Assembly (NCBI GenBank): GCA_964647565.1
Contig: CAZYIM010000030.1
Span: 1-38,038 of the forward strand
Source: an uncultured Methanosarcinales archaeon
Lineage (GTDB): Archaea; Nanobdellota; Nanobdellia; Woesearchaeales; CAZYIM01
Length of the DNA stretch: 38,038 nucleotides
Reading direction: 5' to 3'
A program made the position numbers and the translations under genes. This document shows positions 37,754 to 38,038 of this stretch, piece after piece (position 1 is the first letter of the stretch; the number at the start of each line of letters is the position of its first letter). The notes under the pieces were generated by a model. It made no database searches and had not been told where the DNA came from. It saw only the letters and a program-made list of their open reading frames with translations.

Positions 37754-38020
37754 TTATTTTCTATCTGCATTTAGGGCGCCAGCAACCCAGTGATATTTCT
37801 TGTCAAAAATCCGCAGGATACCGCTTGTAGAAACCTCAAAAGCTTTTTTGTTGCCAAGAAATCCGAAACTAAAATGCCACAACAAAGGGACTTGGTTTCG
37901 CTCATGTACCATATAAATGGTATCTCCAAGGAAATTCCGCTCAAATAGAGCTAAGTCATATTTATGGCTGCGTTCCTCTATCAACTCCACAATATCAGTC
38001 TTGGTTATAGGTTGCGCCAC
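37754..38020 (-). CDS. Hypothetical protein (start uncertain, may extend beyond the window)
   Basis: 88-aa ORF converging on the GT4 gene, no motif recognised. Confidence 0.45.
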   Translation of the reverse strand: MAQPITKTDIVELIEERSHKYDLALFERNFLGDTIYMVHERNQVPLLWHFSFGFLGNKKAFEVSTSGILRIFDKKYHWVAGALNADRK

Positions 38021-38038
38021 AGAATAGATATATACTTC

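Noticed and set aside
1..38038. CRISPR array, transposase, integrase, prophage or rRNA
   Set aside because: No regularly spaced repeats and no recognisable motifs for these elements were found.

Overview
Low-GC archaeal chromosomal window, most likely from a DPANN (Woesearchaeota-like) organism. This assignment is inferred from fibrillarin/Nop5, aRF1, GatE, SRP54, BHB-intron tRNAs and GGAGGTGA Shine-Dalgarno sites. Housekeeping genes (dnaJ, flpA-nop5, prf1, gatE, srp54, mdh) are interspersed with accessory modules. Main points of interest: (1) a probably leaderless 11-codon poly-Cys uORF (MTGLICYYCCC) directly upstream of a probable cysteine synthase, a candidate cysteine-sensing attenuator in an archaeon; (2) a kinase-TM-degenerate lytic transglycosylase protein that looks like a peptidoglycan-sensing receptor kinase, preceded by an unannotated RHH gene; (3) an operon of four phospho-His swivel-domain modules with no ATP-grasp domain, containing a coupled 48-aa peptide; (4) two tRNAs with three BHB introns each; (5) an array of secreted proteins with related leaders and Gln at +1; (6) two structured intergenic RNA candidates enclosing mini-ORFs, plus several signs of gene decay and integration.
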